From Glaucostegus cemiculus (Eukaryota): DNA of 64,000 bases. Shown here piece after piece: positions 11,771-25,264 of this stretch (its first letter is position 1; each line of letters begins with the position of its first letter). The stretch is from positions 14,880,001-14,944,000 of the forward strand of contig CDPCPM010000054.1 of NCBI GenBank assembly GCA_976551045.1. Reading direction: 5' to 3'. The position numbers and the translations under genes are program-made. The notes below the pieces were generated by a model. It was not told the DNA's origin, made no database searches, and worked only from the letters and a program-made list of their open reading frames with translations.

Positions 11771-14344
11771 CACCCTTGAACTGTCTGGTTCAAATTTTGT
11801 TACAGACCTTGCTCTCCCATACCAGAGGAAATAGTTTGTTTTCCAGTCAGCCCTATCAAATCCTTTAATCATCCAAAATATCTCAATGCGGTTTACCCAA
11901 TCTATGCTAAATCTGTGGCAGTTTGCCAGAGACAATTTCATGAAGATAATATTTTGCTATGCTGGCATCAAAATTCAGTTTTTGCCAAATATGTTCTGCT
12001 ATGAAGCTTGAATTTTAAACTGTGCAAATGGAAAATAAGATTTCTTATATCCGCCCGACTTTGCAGGGGCTGTTTATTTAGCAAACTGAGTAAAATACTG
12101 AAATAGCAAAATGCAGTCAGTGCCAGAAGCACCACATTTTTAAAATAAGATGTGCATCAAAATATTTCAGCATAAAATGAATACAAAAAGTTGAAGCTAT
12201 GTACCAGAATAACTAGTTGTTAGTGCAATAAGGGGCTCCTGTTGTTTCCCTGTGCCATCTGTAGCTGCATATAAATAAAAATATATATCAATTTCTTCAG
12301 GCCAAAGGAAGATGTGCTGTCCTTAGCCACCTTTGTATTGTTGTGAGATGGTGGAGCTGTATAATGTCAGATCTCAAGAGGATATGTGTTCCGATTAATG
12401 TAAGGCATGCCATAGTGGCTAGCACTCTTTTGTTTCTGAATCAAAAGGTCATGGGGTTCAATTCTCACTTCAGAGTCTTGACAAACATGTAGACTGGCAT
12501 CTCCAGTACACTAATGCCAGTACATAGCTTATTTCAATTATGTTAATGAACATGGGGCAGGATATTTCCCTTAATGTTTTGTGAACAGCAGTGGGATATT
12601 TTACAGCTACTTCAGAGGTTGGAGTAGTGAGGAGTTTTTTTTAGAATCTCCTAATCCAAAAGGCAGCACCTTTAGCAGTGCAGCACTCCCTCAGTACTGT
12701 ACTTGTGTATCACTTCGGAATTTTTAAAATTGGGTTTCCAGCAGGACTTGAACCTGAAACCTTTTGACTCACAGGTGTTAGTGCAACTCAAGAAATAATA
12801 GAACAAATATTATTAAACATCATGAAATAGACATCTGGTTCTTTGGAAAGTGAGCAGGTGGTCAAAGTTGTGCCTGGAGATTCCCAGAGAGGACAGTATA
12901 AACATTGCAGAGGATTATTTCACTTGTGGATACTGGACAAAACATGAACAGAGAATAAATGGAGCACATAATCCAGGCCATCATTCACAGTGATCTACTA
13001 CAGGATTTCTGCACTGTTGGAGGTGATTTTTTTGGATTTGATGTGAAACGGAAGTCCCATTGTCCCTTTCAATGGATCATAAAAGATTTTGTAGGTCAAT
13101 GTCGTAAAGGAAGTTACTCCCACTGTTTAAATCAGATCTCATCGATGCTGACAAAACTCAATTTAGAAGTTCGCAATCACATTACAGTTTCAGATTGGGT
13201 ACTCTGTTTTCTATATTACAGTAGGTCACTACAATTCACCTAGTAATTCATTCCCAATCAGGTATCAGGTGTCTCGGAAGATGAGTAAAATAAATGCAAA
13301 TCTTTTCTTTTTAAGTTGCCCACATTTGTAAAAACTGCTTTAGCAATGTAGAAGTACTTGCACACAGGAAAGAATGTATCATAGCTGGTCTTTGAAAGCA
13401 TGTCCCTGAAGAGACCTAAGTAGGGAGACAAAATATCCCATCTCAAGACAACAACAGAACCTTTGACTCATCCTGCTGTCATCATCACACAAAGCTTCAG
13501 TTCCCCACAGTCACTGATACACTTCAGTGACAATGGAGCTCCACTTCCTGTTCATTTGGAGCAAAAAGATTTCATCAGTAGGCAATCAAAGCAGAATAAC
13601 ATGAGATGTTATGGCATCTCATAATTTACTTTGATTTAACATCAGTAGTTATGGACCACACTATTATATTCAATTAGTTGAAACTGAATATATACCCAAA
13701 TTCATTTTTTTAAGTTGGAGTTTTACCCATTGCAATACAAGTTTATCTGCCTTGCTAAATGATTAATAACCATATTACATTACTGACAAATGATATTCAG
13801 TTTTGGTTAATGATACCTTTGTGAAGTGCCATGGAATATTTTGCAATGAGAGAGGTTCCATATAAATGCAAGCTGCTGTGGTATGTTTTTTCAAAGATTA
13901 ACTAGCAAATTGTTATGTTATGTTACTCATGAAAATATCAATAGTACAATAAGTGAAAGAGAGTCTTATTTCTCAGTAGTTTTTCTGAGTTTAATGACCA
14001 CCTTGTCTCCAAAAAAGAGAAATCAAGATTTTAAAGGAAATTGTTAATCTCAGTCTGTTGTCTCTACAATTAATCTCTAATGGACCTGGGAGTGCCCATT
14101 GGAAGATTCACTGGCATAAATGGGAGAGGTCTGATTAAAACATGGTTTGAGCTTGGCAGTGGAACCCTAGTGCCATACACCCAATTATCCAAGAGCAGAT
14201 TAACATATGTTCACCCTATTGATTTGGTGTTTGGTTGTTTAATGCAGGACACCATTCTGAACAATGACTATGGAATGACTTGACGGTATGTAGAGCCTCT
14301 ATCATCATCACGACTCCCCAAGGCTTTGAATGGCCCATGAGCAA

Positions 14345-14660
14345 TTTGTTGATATCTAATCACTGTTGTAATGTAGGAATTGTGGCAACCAGTTTGTACG
14401 CAACAAGTTCCTGCATGATGATGAACAGATGCTGTTCAACATAGGTGCTGATTGAGGGATAAATATTGACCCAGAACATAAAGGAGAATTGCGTTGCTCT
14501 TCTTCAAAACTGTACCACGTGATCTATTACATTTACCAGGGAGGGTAAACAGTTCCTCAAGTTAATAGCTCAGCTAAAAGCCAGCACCCAGACAGCGCAA
14601 CACCCACTTGGTACTGCAATGGAATATCATTTTTGAGTTTAAGTCTTTTGAGTGAAGATT
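14345..14660 (-). mobile_element. Deu-domain SINE (SacSINE1-like)
   Basis: Reverse of the Deu core (cactgttgtaatgtaggaa...ggcaaccagtttgtacgcaacaagttcc); one of many degenerate copies in the window. Confidence 0.65.
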
Positions 14661-15574
14661 TGAGCTCAGTGGGATATTTTTCCTACTCAGTCCCACATCA
14701 GACTCAAGGAAGGAATACAAACATTTTTGAGGTGCAAGCACCAAGGAAGCAATTGTATTTACATAGTACCTTTCACAACCTCAGAACATACCAGCAAAGT
14801 AGTTTTGAAGTGTTGTATTACAGGAGTTATTTCACAGCAGAGTGGTTGTAATCAAAGTATCTGTTGTTGGTAAAGTCAATCAAAGAATAAATAATGTTGG
14901 CTAATACTTTGGTGTAATACTTATTCATGTAATTATTTTCTATCCACATGAGAAAGCAGGCTGGGCTCACTTCAGGTGCAATAGCTGTGACAACACAGCA
15001 GTCGCTCCGACTTCAGTGGACAGTGTTGCAATGATGATGTGCTCAAGTCTGGAGTGAGAATTGAACCCCTCACCTTCTGGCTTAGAAGCTCAAGTTCCAA
15101 TTTTATGCTGCGAACATAGATGAAATGATGATTGTGTTTATATGGTGCCTTTCACAAACTCAGAACTTTCCACCAAACCATAGCTGCCTTGGCCCTGTTA
15201 CTGGAATTATACTTCACAAAACCTGGTGAACATTGGGCCCCAGAAACTAGTAGACCACTGGTGCCACTGTCATTTGAACCTGATTGAAGTCATTTGGTTT
15301 TGAGGCAGTATTTTATTTTTGTGCTTAACAGAAACATCAACTTTCATAGGCAGGCATGCACTTCCTATGAACCTGGGCTTGACCTTGTTTGTAAAGGGCA
15401 TAGGAAAGTGGGCCTCTGGTGAATAATGAGCCCATTTTTCCCTGAGGTATGCAATTATAATAGGACTTCATTGTTCATTGCTGCTCTCTGCAACTGGCAA
15501 AGACATCACACTCTGTTAGCTTCTTTCAGAACAGCTATTCATATCCTCTCCCCTGCCTGGCCTCTATTACTCCC

Positions 15575-15930
15575 TGAAAACTTGAGCTAATTTAAAACCC
15601 TTCATCTTTTGGCCTAAATCGCCCTTCACCTCTGTAAGACACTTTTGACTCCTGGTCTGGGAACACCTCAATTGTAACAGTCGCTTGTTCTCAGAATTTT
15701 CTGTGCATTGCCCCTCCTTTGTTGTATAATCTCCCTCAATCTTGAAACCATCTGGGACCTCTTTGTTCCTCAACTTCTGACCACTGCTCCAACCTGGATT
15801 TTAATCGCTCCACCACTGGCGGTCATGCCGTTAGCTGCCAATGCACTGAATTTGCTGACCCTCACTACCTTGCTATCTCTCCATCCTCCATAAACTCCAC
15901 CTCTTTAACCAAGCTCTGGACCCCCTGTCT
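15575..15930 (+). mobile_element. Old L2 LINE 3' region
   Basis: ttctcagaattttctg...tgtataatctccctcaatc...ggcggtcatgccgttagctgcc...actccacctctttaaccaagct. Confidence 0.55.
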
Positions 15931-16545
15931 GGAGTGTATATAGGATAGGGTAAGGACTGGATGTGTCACACTTTAATACATACTCATATCAAACACTGCT
16001 GGTTAGATAAGAGTAAGTGCCTTCAATAAAGGTTGTTCCATTGATTACCTCTGTAATTTTCCTTTCAAGGCAGGAACACTAAAGAACCTAGGGAGATTAC
16101 CCTCCTTATGATACCAGATTTTATCCATGGATCACCACTGCAAAGTACCTTGGGACTTTTTACTACTGTAAAGCTGCTATTTAATGCAAATTGTTGTTAA
16201 AAAAAGTTAATGAAGCCAATAATGGACTAATTGGCAGATTAGGAGGAACTACATTCCACATAATGCCATCTGCTATATAAAAACAGCATAAAAGCTCTAA
16301 ACTTTTAGTGGTTCCCCTTAAGAACATATATCAAGTGAGCATGGTTAATATCTGAAAGAATAACATGCTTTCTTCTCAAAACCATGACTAGGATTGGCAG
16401 TCAGGAAGTAAATTGAAGCGGATAGTAGGAGGTAGCATTTTATTCTCAGATATCTCCTTGGATATTGAACTGAACCATTGCAGTTCAGAACAAAGGCATC
16501 TCGATGGGAATTAGCTGACATCCCATGTTGTTGCTAAGTAAGAGG

Positions 16546-16860
16546 CTGCATCAGGACTGAGAGGAGAGATAAACAGCATAAAGAGAAGAGTGGGATTGGT
16601 GAGACAGAGGTGATTGGTGGACTGAGGGGGGTTGGTGGGGATGGATGTTAGATGATGGGCAAGTAGGGGAGTTGGGAGACAGAGGTAGGTGGAATATAGA
16701 TAGAGGCAGACAAAAGAAAAGAGGAAGATGGACCCAGGAGCAGGGGGAAGGTGGAGACAGATGTTGAAGGGTGATAAGCAGGAACACAGAGGTTACCAGT
16801 GCTGGAATGTGATAAATAAGGAAGGTGATAATGGGGACTATTGGGACCTATACACTATGG
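16546..16860 (-). mobile_element. Penelope-like 3' region
   Basis: Purine-rich reverse of the PLE 3' region, homologous to 24450-24790. Confidence 0.65.
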
Positions 16861-19159
16861 GAGAACCTCACCAAAAGGACAGCAATGGTTCAAAACAATG
16901 GCTCAACACCACCTCTCAAGGGCAACTAAGAATGAGCAATAAATGAAACCTAGATCCTGAAAATGAATAAATTAAAAAACACAGCCAGATTGTCAAGGGT
17001 GTGGAGTCTCATAAACCTGCCCAGGTAAGGATGCCACATTTCCTTTTCTTTCCTGAAGGATGTTTTAGAAACAAATGAAGACATCCATGCTCATCATTAC
17101 TGGCATCAACTTGTTATTCCAGACTTACTGAACTGAATTTAAATTTCCCATCTGTTATGACAGGATTTGAACTTGCGTTTCCCGATCAATATTATAAACA
17201 CTTACTTAGTAGATTTAGTTACAATATTACCCTTGTCCGCAATATCTTTTTTGAAAGGCAGAACCTTCAACACTGCCGCACTGTCTCAGTGCTGCATTGG
17301 AGTATCAGCCTTGCTTATAGTGCTCAGGATTCTGGAGTGGGACTTGAAACCATAGCTTGCTGATTCAAAGGCAAGAGAATGAGTCCCACTGTGCAATGGC
17401 TGACAGAAGGTAAATCAAGGAGCATCTGTATAGCAAGAACACCCCATGAGAAGTTTCTGCCCTGCAAATGTATTGAATGCTCTCCTCTAAATCCTGATCT
17501 ACATGGGGAGTGATGCATTTAGATTTCTTTCCAACACTTATTTTAATTTCCAGTGTGGTCTTTAATCCTATGCCAAATCATAATGACTCAGCTACATCAT
17601 GCTGTTTAGATTGAGATGAATTACATTTCATGTTTGATGGCATTCTGTTGTATTCCATTTAAAGACAAACTTAAGTAGCTACTCAGCAAAGTTATCTAGG
17701 TACATTCTGGCAATATTCAATTTCCTTGCTCTAAATCCTCCTTGTAAGTTATGCCACTACCTGGCAAGACTCATCTGCAAGCTTAGTCCTCTAAAAATAA
17801 TGTTGCCAAATGACATCATTAGGGCTCAGAGTTTAAACAGTAACAGATCTGTTGCTAATAGGTGTGCATTATAGTGTCACCAGAGAGAGCCAATCGAGTT
17901 AGTTGATCATATGCTCAGGATTTGTTAATCTCTGATCTCTGGAGTGATAATGTACTGCTTAAAAATGAGAAGAAGTAGCACCACAACACTAGAGATGACA
18001 AGAGGGAAATAATAAATACAGGTATGGTAAATAGAAAACTAGATATAGATATTTAGACAAGGTAGTGTTATTAATGACCTCATATTAAGTGCTTTTGCAA
18101 TCAATGGCATACACCAATTGCAACATAGTCACTGCTATAATGAAGGAAACATGGCAACCATTTTGCTGGCAGCAAATTCCCTTGAGGAACAAATTCATAG
18201 CAACCAGATCATCTTTCTTTTCTTAGGTGCTGGTTGATTGATAAATAATAGCCAAGACACTGAGGGCCGTTCCCCTGCTCTTCTTCAAAATAGTGTCATG
18301 GGAATTTTTACACCTAGTCAACAGATTTCTGTTTGGTATTTCCTTTCTCTGTTGTTGAAAGATGTTAGGTGCAAGGAAGGCAAGATTTTGAGCTGCCTGG
18401 TACTGCAGTCCCTTTGGACCTGTTAAGTTCCAGGAGGAAAATAGATTTTAAATTCATAGATTGAAATTTGCCAAGACATGGATAAATGAAACCCACAATC
18501 CAATTTTTTAAAGCACTGTGAATGAATGATTATTTGCTGCCATTATATCCATTCCCAAATGGGATTTTGAACAGTGAAGCAAATATTTGAAAAAGAGCCA
18601 GACTAGAAACAAAGGATATTTTCTAACATAGCAAGTTGTTGTGTTCTGGGTTTGACTGTTTGAAAATGTGGTGAAAGTCAATTCAGTGTTAACTTTCAAA
18701 AGGTAATTGGAAAGTACATGAAGAGGAGATCAGGCCAGAGCTGTGATGAAAGATCAGGGAAATGGGACTAATTGGCAAGTTCTTTCAAAGATCCGGTGCG
18801 GACACAGAGGGCTGAATGGTCCCTTTCTCCAATCTATCATTCTTTGTTTGGCACGCTGTCAAGTGGTCATCAGTATCTCGAAGGACATGATTCTTATCAG
18901 TACTATGCTTATAATAGATTCAATGTCCATTTGCTGGAATGGAACAAGAAACATGTAATTGCAAAACGCATTTCTTCACTTCAAGATGTTTCAAAATCCA
19001 CCGATACCCAGTGATGTGCTTTCATGAAGTATGATTTCCATTGTAATGTTGTAAAAGGAGGCACCTAATTTTTGCACATCAACATCCCACAAATTAAAAA
19101 AAAAATTTCATTTAAAATTTTAAAAATTTAAAATTTAAAAAAATTTAAAATTTACTTTC

Positions 19160-19409
19160 ATTTAAAATTTTATTTACAGCATGGTAACAGGCCCTTTTGG
19201 CCCAATGAGTCCGCGCCGCCCATGTTAAACCCCCAAATTAACCTACCCGTACGTCTTTTTAGAATGTGGGAGGAAACCGGAGCACCCGGAGGAAACCCAC
19301 GCAGACACGGGAGAACGCACAAACTCCTTACAGTCAGCAGCGGGAATTGAACCCCGGTCGCTAGCGCTGTAACAGCGTCACGCTAACCGCTACATTATCA
19401 TGCCGCCCC
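19160..19409 (-). mobile_element. Young HE1-like V-SINE with CR1-type tail
   Basis: Close match to 1903-2153; preceded by expanded taaaatt-like repeats at about 19095-19170. Confidence 0.88.
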
Positions 19410-19779
19410 AATAACACTGCAACGAGTTAGTAGGCCCATAAACTATACAAGAAGTTTAGCTGACTATACAGTCAAAATAGCTGAGAATTTTAGTAGCATA
19501 CTCTCTAAGAGATTTATCAAATACAGCTCAAAGCATGTATGAGTGGTCAACACTACAGACACTGCAGATCCTTTCGCTGAATATTAATAACACTGACAGG
19601 TTATTGTGCAGCTGTGTCTCATATTTGAATTGCCTTTCAGTGCACAGAAGCAGGTCCCTCTCATGAACATCAGCCTTGCAGAGGTGTGCTCACTCATGGT
19701 TGCTCAGATTGAAGCAGTCATAATGGTTCGCTGCCGATGATTGAGCCATTCTTTGTCCCATGCCCATTGTGCTTCAGTG

Positions 19780-20090
19780 CAGTGCACAAGGGAGTGTTGA
19801 ACTGCCAGAAATGTTAATTTTCAGATTTGATATTAAACTGTGGTGTCTCCCCTCACAGGTGGATGTGCAAAGATTCCACAAACAATAGTTCAGAGAACAA
19901 CGGTATTATTCACCACAGTGTCCAACCCCAGCACCCAACCTTCGATCAATGACTTAAAAAAAACAAGATTACTCTGGCACTTATCTCCGTTTGTGGGATT
20001 GTTCCGTGCATTATTTGGTTGGCGTGCTTAGAGTGGTGGTAATCTCATCGATGAAATGCTTTGTCATCGCAAAAGACATCATAGAAGTGG
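19780..20090 (+). mobile_element. Deu-domain SINE
   Basis: cagtgcacaagggagtgttg...attaaactgtggt...caggtggatgtgcaaagattcca...gtttgtgggattgttccgtgca. Confidence 0.65.
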
Positions 20091-20849
20091 AAATTTTCCC
20101 AAACTTGGGAAGCAGTATGGTTGGGCACTCCGTGGCTGTAAAACTGACAGCAAAAGTTCTAGTTGAGTAAATAGTTGTAGTCAGGTCACTGGGTCAACTA
20201 TATTGTGGAGCTGGGGTATGAATTGCTTCCAAATGTTGGCTTCTAATTACTTTCCCTTGTGTGTGTAGATGAACAGTTGACCCATTCAGCAACCTAAAGG
20301 TCCAAGATACAGCTGGTCATGTACTTATGCAATATTGGGAAATGACACAAAATCTACTTGACAGGCCACCTCTTCTAATCATGGTGGAATGATTAAAATG
20401 CATTACTACCAAAGTAATTATGTTAGAAACTGTAATTTGTCCTGTTAAATGCAATTCAATACCTTGCAAAGTTCTGGTGGCTTCTTGAACATGCGCCCTT
20501 GAGTAGAACTTGTGACTTGGTCAGAATCTTCTGCGGGAATCGACTTGGCACGAGTTAGAATGGAAAACAAGGTCAGCTGACAGCCAAGCCAACCTTTGCA
20601 GAAGATTTAAAAGAAAAACTTACTTTTTTGGAACCTCCTTTCAGAATCTCCGAAAGATAATGATGTCCAAAAGATAATGAAGTATTGAAAGATAATGAAG
20701 TACTTTTGAAGTTATGTCACTGTTGCCATTTTAGTTAACATGAAGACAGCAAGATCCCACCATCAGGGCATTAGTTTTAGTGATGTTTAGTGTGGGTCAA
20801 CCAGTGGGCAGCATACTGGGAAAGGAATCCACTGCTCTTTAAAATAGTC

Positions 20850-20940
20850 TATGTTGATGCAGGAAGTGTGGCGATACTTGCGGACTGCCCCAGAACATTC
20901 TATGCAAAAAGTTGCATGTGACCAGTAAAGAAATCTTATC
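20850..20940 (+). mobile_element. 3' fragment of the Rex1-tailed V-SINE
   Basis: atgttgatgcaggaagtgtggcgatacttgcggactgccccag...catgtgaccagtaaag resembles the reverse complement of 27805-27915. Confidence 0.6.
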
Positions 20941-20962
20941 ACCGTGGAATCTAGCTTGAACC

Positions 20963-21791
20963 TGTGGTGATATTGAGTGTACCATCCGAGAGTTCTAAAC
21001 TTAAGTCAAGACTTTAATTTCTATCTGGCATAAGTATCTACGAGAACCCCCACTATTGGGAGATTATAGTGTATCAACCTATACTTCAAGCACTAGTTTA
21101 TTTCACTACTTTAGTCTCTACGGAAAGGTTCAGCTGTCAATAATCACTGTTTTGTGCTTTGGGTCCCTCCTCCTTACCAAGGAGAAGATACTTCCAGCTA
21201 AGGAAGCAGTTTAAACACAGTTTATTTGATTTGAAGTGAGACACATTTAATTCTTGTAAGTAATTCTTAACACAACTTGTTACAAAGGATTTCCAAACAC
21301 CAGTTCTTACAAGCTAAAAAGTAATAGCAACAAGTTGCAGACGAACAAGTCGTCTGTAGCAAAAACCAAAGCCTGAGGAATGAATTCCAAATCTTCTTTC
21401 TGTAACCCCTTCTTCCTGTCATTCCTCCACCCCCGCCCCCCCCACCCCCCACCGACTGCTTTCTAACATTTATACTGTTTTTCTCACTTAGTTGACATCA
21501 TTGGCATGTGATGTTTTTTCAACCAGGTGACTGGAGTGTTTAATTAAATAAATGTGGATCCCATTGTTCTCTTGTTTATGTTAAGAGGCTGAGCAGGGAA
21601 TATTGGTTAGATGTTTAATTTAGCAACCAACAAACCTCTTGAGCCTTGGTCAATTTCTGCTGTTTTTGCAAAAGGGACTTTAGCTTAATGAACAACCACT
21701 TCTTGACCTGTGGACAGGTCATGCTGCTGTGCTAAAAAGCTGAGGTTAGCAATAAGCCTTTTTGGGACCTGGAAAGTGAATATCCATCACA
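20963..21791 (-). mobile_element. Probable solo LTR, family A, copy 1 (829 bp)
   Basis: TG...CA ends with short inverted repeats (TGTGGTGATAT / ATATCCATCACA); flanks aacc and aact (4-bp TSD, 1 mismatch); minus-strand TATAAA at 21469-21474 and AATAAA at 21221-21226; end-to-end homology with 33841-34652. Confidence 0.75.
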
Positions 21792-21839
21792 AACTGCAAG
21801 AGCATTTATAATCTGGGTTTAATGGATTAAGTTCTGAAG

Positions 21840-22320
21840 CCGTGCTGAATTTTCCATAGTGAGATCTCATTAGGAACACTTTGTGCAGTTTTATTCTCTG
21901 TACCCAAGGAAGGACATGTTTGCCTGGACCCGGCACAGCATGGAGTCATTTTGATTGCTGAGTTGAAAGGGATGTGTTATGAAGAAAGATTGAGGAAAAT
22001 TGGCCCTTAGTCACTGGAGTTTAAAGGAATGAAGACTGCTCATTTAGAGTGATGTCTTAGATGAAGACTGGCAGTGATTGACAGGATAGCTGGTGGGCTG
22101 TTTCCGATGGAATGAGAGTTTAGAACAAAATCTCAGGATATGGGCATCAGTCATTTAAAAATGAGATGAGTGGAAGCTGATGCCAAAGCTATCAAGTCTT
22201 CGTGATTCTCTACTGCAGGGAGCTGTCGATACTCAGTTGTTGAGTTTATTCAAGGATGAAATCAATAGATTTTGAATACTACTAGAAATGTGGGGAATCA
22301 GGCAGGGAAATGAAGCTCCC
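21840..22320 (+). mobile_element. Old CR1 3' region
   Basis: tgtgcagttttattctctgtacccaaggaaggacatg...ctggagtttaaaggaatga...attcaaggatgaaatcaatagatttt. Confidence 0.7.
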
Positions 22321-22744
22321 CTTGATTTCCTTTTGTCTCATCGGAAAGTTGTGGACCATACTGGGAGTGTCAGCCTAGACTTGAACCCCAAATCCTCTGA
22401 TGCAGGGGCTAAAGTACTACCCAACTGAGCTGTTTTTACATAGCTGTCCCAGCCCTGATAGTGTGTTTACATTCAGACTGGGAAAGACTCAGGAACATTT
22501 ATATGCAAGGTTCTCCAAAACATCAGTTTTTCATTAAAGTCCTGTACAATCAGCATTCTTTCTGTCTGAGTATTTTCAAATTTAAATTGTGGTGTTTATT
22601 ACATTATTCTCATCTGACCACATTATTCTGCCTGGACGAAGTACTACTGTCTAGAGTACTTAATATCTCATGCTATGTACTGGATGAGAATAATTCACAA
22701 TTTCGATTGAACTGCAGCCCAACTCATGTTGTAGGATCAAATCA

Positions 22745-23085
22745 CAGTCCAGAGACTTAAATGAAAGATCTGGACCAGTGCATACTTTTGGGCTGCTGCA
22801 GTGCATTGAAGGTGCTGTTTTTCAAATGTGATGCTAAGTTGATCTGCCTTCTCTGGTGGATGTAAAAATGTCCAAGAAGGGCAGTGAACTTCCCCTCTGT
22901 CTCCTGGTCCAATTCTTATCCTTTAACCATTATATAAGACAGATGATCAGGGAGATTGCTGAGCACAAATTGTCCACGTGTTTCCTGTAGTACAATAGTT
23001 GCTAAGCTTCAAAGGTAGACCACTGGCTGTGATGCACCATGGAACATCCTTGAAAGGTAATGTACAAATGCAAGCTTTAACTTTC
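22745..23085 (+). mobile_element. Deu-domain SINE
   Basis: ggtggatgtaaaaatg...gctgagcacaaattgtccacgtgtttcct...tgaaaggtaatgtacaaatgcaagct. Confidence 0.6.
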
Positions 23086-23241
23086 ATTAGATGTTGCAGG
23101 CAGAATACAGAGTTATCATTCCACCTAATTCAATTAACATATCCCTCTAATCTTTCTCCCTTAAGTATTTATCCAGTTTCCAATTTAATGCATCTTTGCT
23201 ATTTATCTCAACCTCTCTCTGTGGGACTGAGTTCCCCTTTC

Positions 23242-23608
23242 TGGTATTGGTATTGGTTTATTATTGTCACTTGTACTGAGGTGCAGTGAAAAGCTTGTCT
23301 TACAAACCGATCGTACAGGTCAATTCATTACACAGTGCAGTTACATTGAGTTAGTACAGAGTGCAGAGAGGTAGTACAGATAAAAACAATAACAGTACAG
23401 AGTAAAGTGTCACTGCTACAGAGAAAGTGCAGTGCAATAAGGTGCCAGGTCACAACAAGGTAGATCGTGAGGTTAGAGTCCATCTCATCGTATAAGGGAA
23501 CCATTCAATAGTCTTTTCACAGTGGGGTAGAAGCTGTCCTTAAGCCTGGTGGTACATGCTCTCGGGCTCCTGTATCTTCTACATGATGGAAGAGGAGAGA
23601 AGAGAGAA
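23242..23608 (-). mobile_element. Rex1/Babar 3' end nested in an old CR1 3' fragment
   Basis: tggtattggtattggtttattattgtcacttgtac...gtagaagctgtccttaagcctggtggtac; host CR1 text continues as gagttccc | ctcaccactctctgg. Confidence 0.85.
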
Positions 23609-23874
23609 TTCTCACCACTCTCTGGATGAAGATGTTTCCCTGAAATCTCTTTTTTTGAGTTTGTTGGTGACTACCTTACATTAGTGGCCTCTAAAATTGT
23701 CACTTGCACTTTTGTATTCATTATTAAGTGATTTCTGCAGGAGAGCTGCTGAATTTATATACATTGTTAAAGGACATTGGACTAGAATACATTGGGATAT
23801 AACAATGGTTTTAACACATTGCTTGCCTAACTCATTAAAAATGCATTCATCACCCAACCAACTGTTGTCAAGAA

Positions 23875-24090
23875 GAGTCAAAGAGTCACAGAGATACAGT
23901 CCTTCAGTCCACTGAGTCTGTACCGTCATCCACCCATTTACACTAATCCTACATTATTCTCATTTTTCTATTTTCATCAACTCCCCTCAGATTCTCCCAC
24001 TCACCTGCACACTAGTGAGAACTGACAGTGACCAGTTAACCTACCAACCTGCATGTCTGGGATGTGGGAGGAAACCAGCCACAACCATAG
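23875..24090 (-). mobile_element. HE1-like SINE fragment
   Basis: cacccatttacactaatcctac...ttaacctaccaacctgcatgtctgggatgtgggaggaaacc. Confidence 0.7.
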
Positions 24091-24311
24091 ACAGTAAGCG
24101 AGGTCAGGTGTCTCACATGCTGGAAGTTTGAAATAAATACAAGGAATTCCAGAAATACTCAGCTGGTTAAGCACCATCTAGAGAGAAATACATAGTTAGT
24201 GTTTTAAGTCAATGATCTTTGATCAGAACTATGAAAACCTAGGACATGTTTAAAGTTGGAGGTGGGGTGGAGAAGCAAGGAAATGTGTGAGTAAGGGTGG
24301 AGGCCAAGACA

Positions 24312-24795
24312 AGTGGAGACGCAAGAGACTGCAGATGCTAGAATCTAGAGCAACAAACAATCTGCAGGAGGAACTCAGTGGGTTGAAGTATCTGTGGGGG
24401 GCTTGGGGAGGGGGGAGGAATTGCAGATGTTTCAGGCTGAAATACTGCATCAGGAATGAGAATGGTGACGGGAGATGGCCAGTGCAAGGGAGGAGGGTGG
24501 GAGTGGTTTGACAGGAGCCAGTAGGTGATTGGTGGACCAAAGAGGGGTAATGGATGACGGGCAGATGGAGCCAGATAGGAAGGGGAGGGGTGGAGTTGAG
24601 AGACAGAGGCAAGTGAATGTTAGGTGATGGCAAAAAAAAGGCAGATGGAGCCAAGTGGGGGAGGGGAGAGTGAAGGTGAAAATAGCTGCTGGACAGTTGT
24701 AAGTGGGGTCACAAGAGTTACCAGTGCTGGAATTTGACAAGTAAGGAAGGTGATAATGGGAACCATTAGGGGAGAGAAGTAGTTGGATGGATGAA
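24312..24795 (-). mobile_element. Penelope-like 3' region with terminal unit
   Basis: ggagacgcaagagactgcagatgctagaatct...gtttcaggctgaaatactgcatcagg, followed by the purine-rich tract. Confidence 0.75.
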
Positions 24796-25264
24796 TGTTA
24801 ATTGTCCTCTGAAATGACCCAACACTCTAGTCATACTAACCAGCTGCCAGCAGTTTATGACAGCTCCCCTCATTTCCTCAAGGGCAGTTAGGACTGGGCA
24901 TCAAATGCTGGCCTGGAAAGAGTAAAGAAAAGTTCATCTTTTAAATGTGCCTTTACAACAAAGGTTATATGTTCTACATGCAGTGGGTAGTGAATGTGAG
25001 GAATCAGTAGCCAACAGAAAGAGAGGAATGCAGGACATTGTAAATTTCAGGAGCATGATTTGCAGCATCTTAGCCAACAGGAACTGAAGACCATAAAGGA
25101 AAGTGTTCTGGGTGCCAGCAGGGTTTGTAAAAAGAGGATGCTGATTTAAGTGGATTGGTGGAAATAAAGAGATTCCACGAGGGAAGAAAAGTGTCTCAGT
25201 AAGTTGCTTTGATTTGGAACGTGCTGTCTTAAGGGCTGGTGGAAGCAGATTCGATGGAGACATT

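Noticed and set aside
15359-15410. Hairpin with ends reminiscent of miR-202 (ttcctatg...agggcataggaaa)
   Set aside because: Only about 11 bp pair, and the inner sequence neither matches the mature miRNAs as I recall them nor pairs well.
20269-20400. Strong plus-strand splice acceptor as a coding exon
   Set aside because: Early stops in all three frames and no good donor nearby.
21635-21735. Duplicated host gene exons (minus-strand HSSMTCPQVKKWLF... plus a 20-nt exon)
   Set aside because: They lie inside the TG...CA-bounded element, the copy differences show no synonymous bias, and no protein is recognised.
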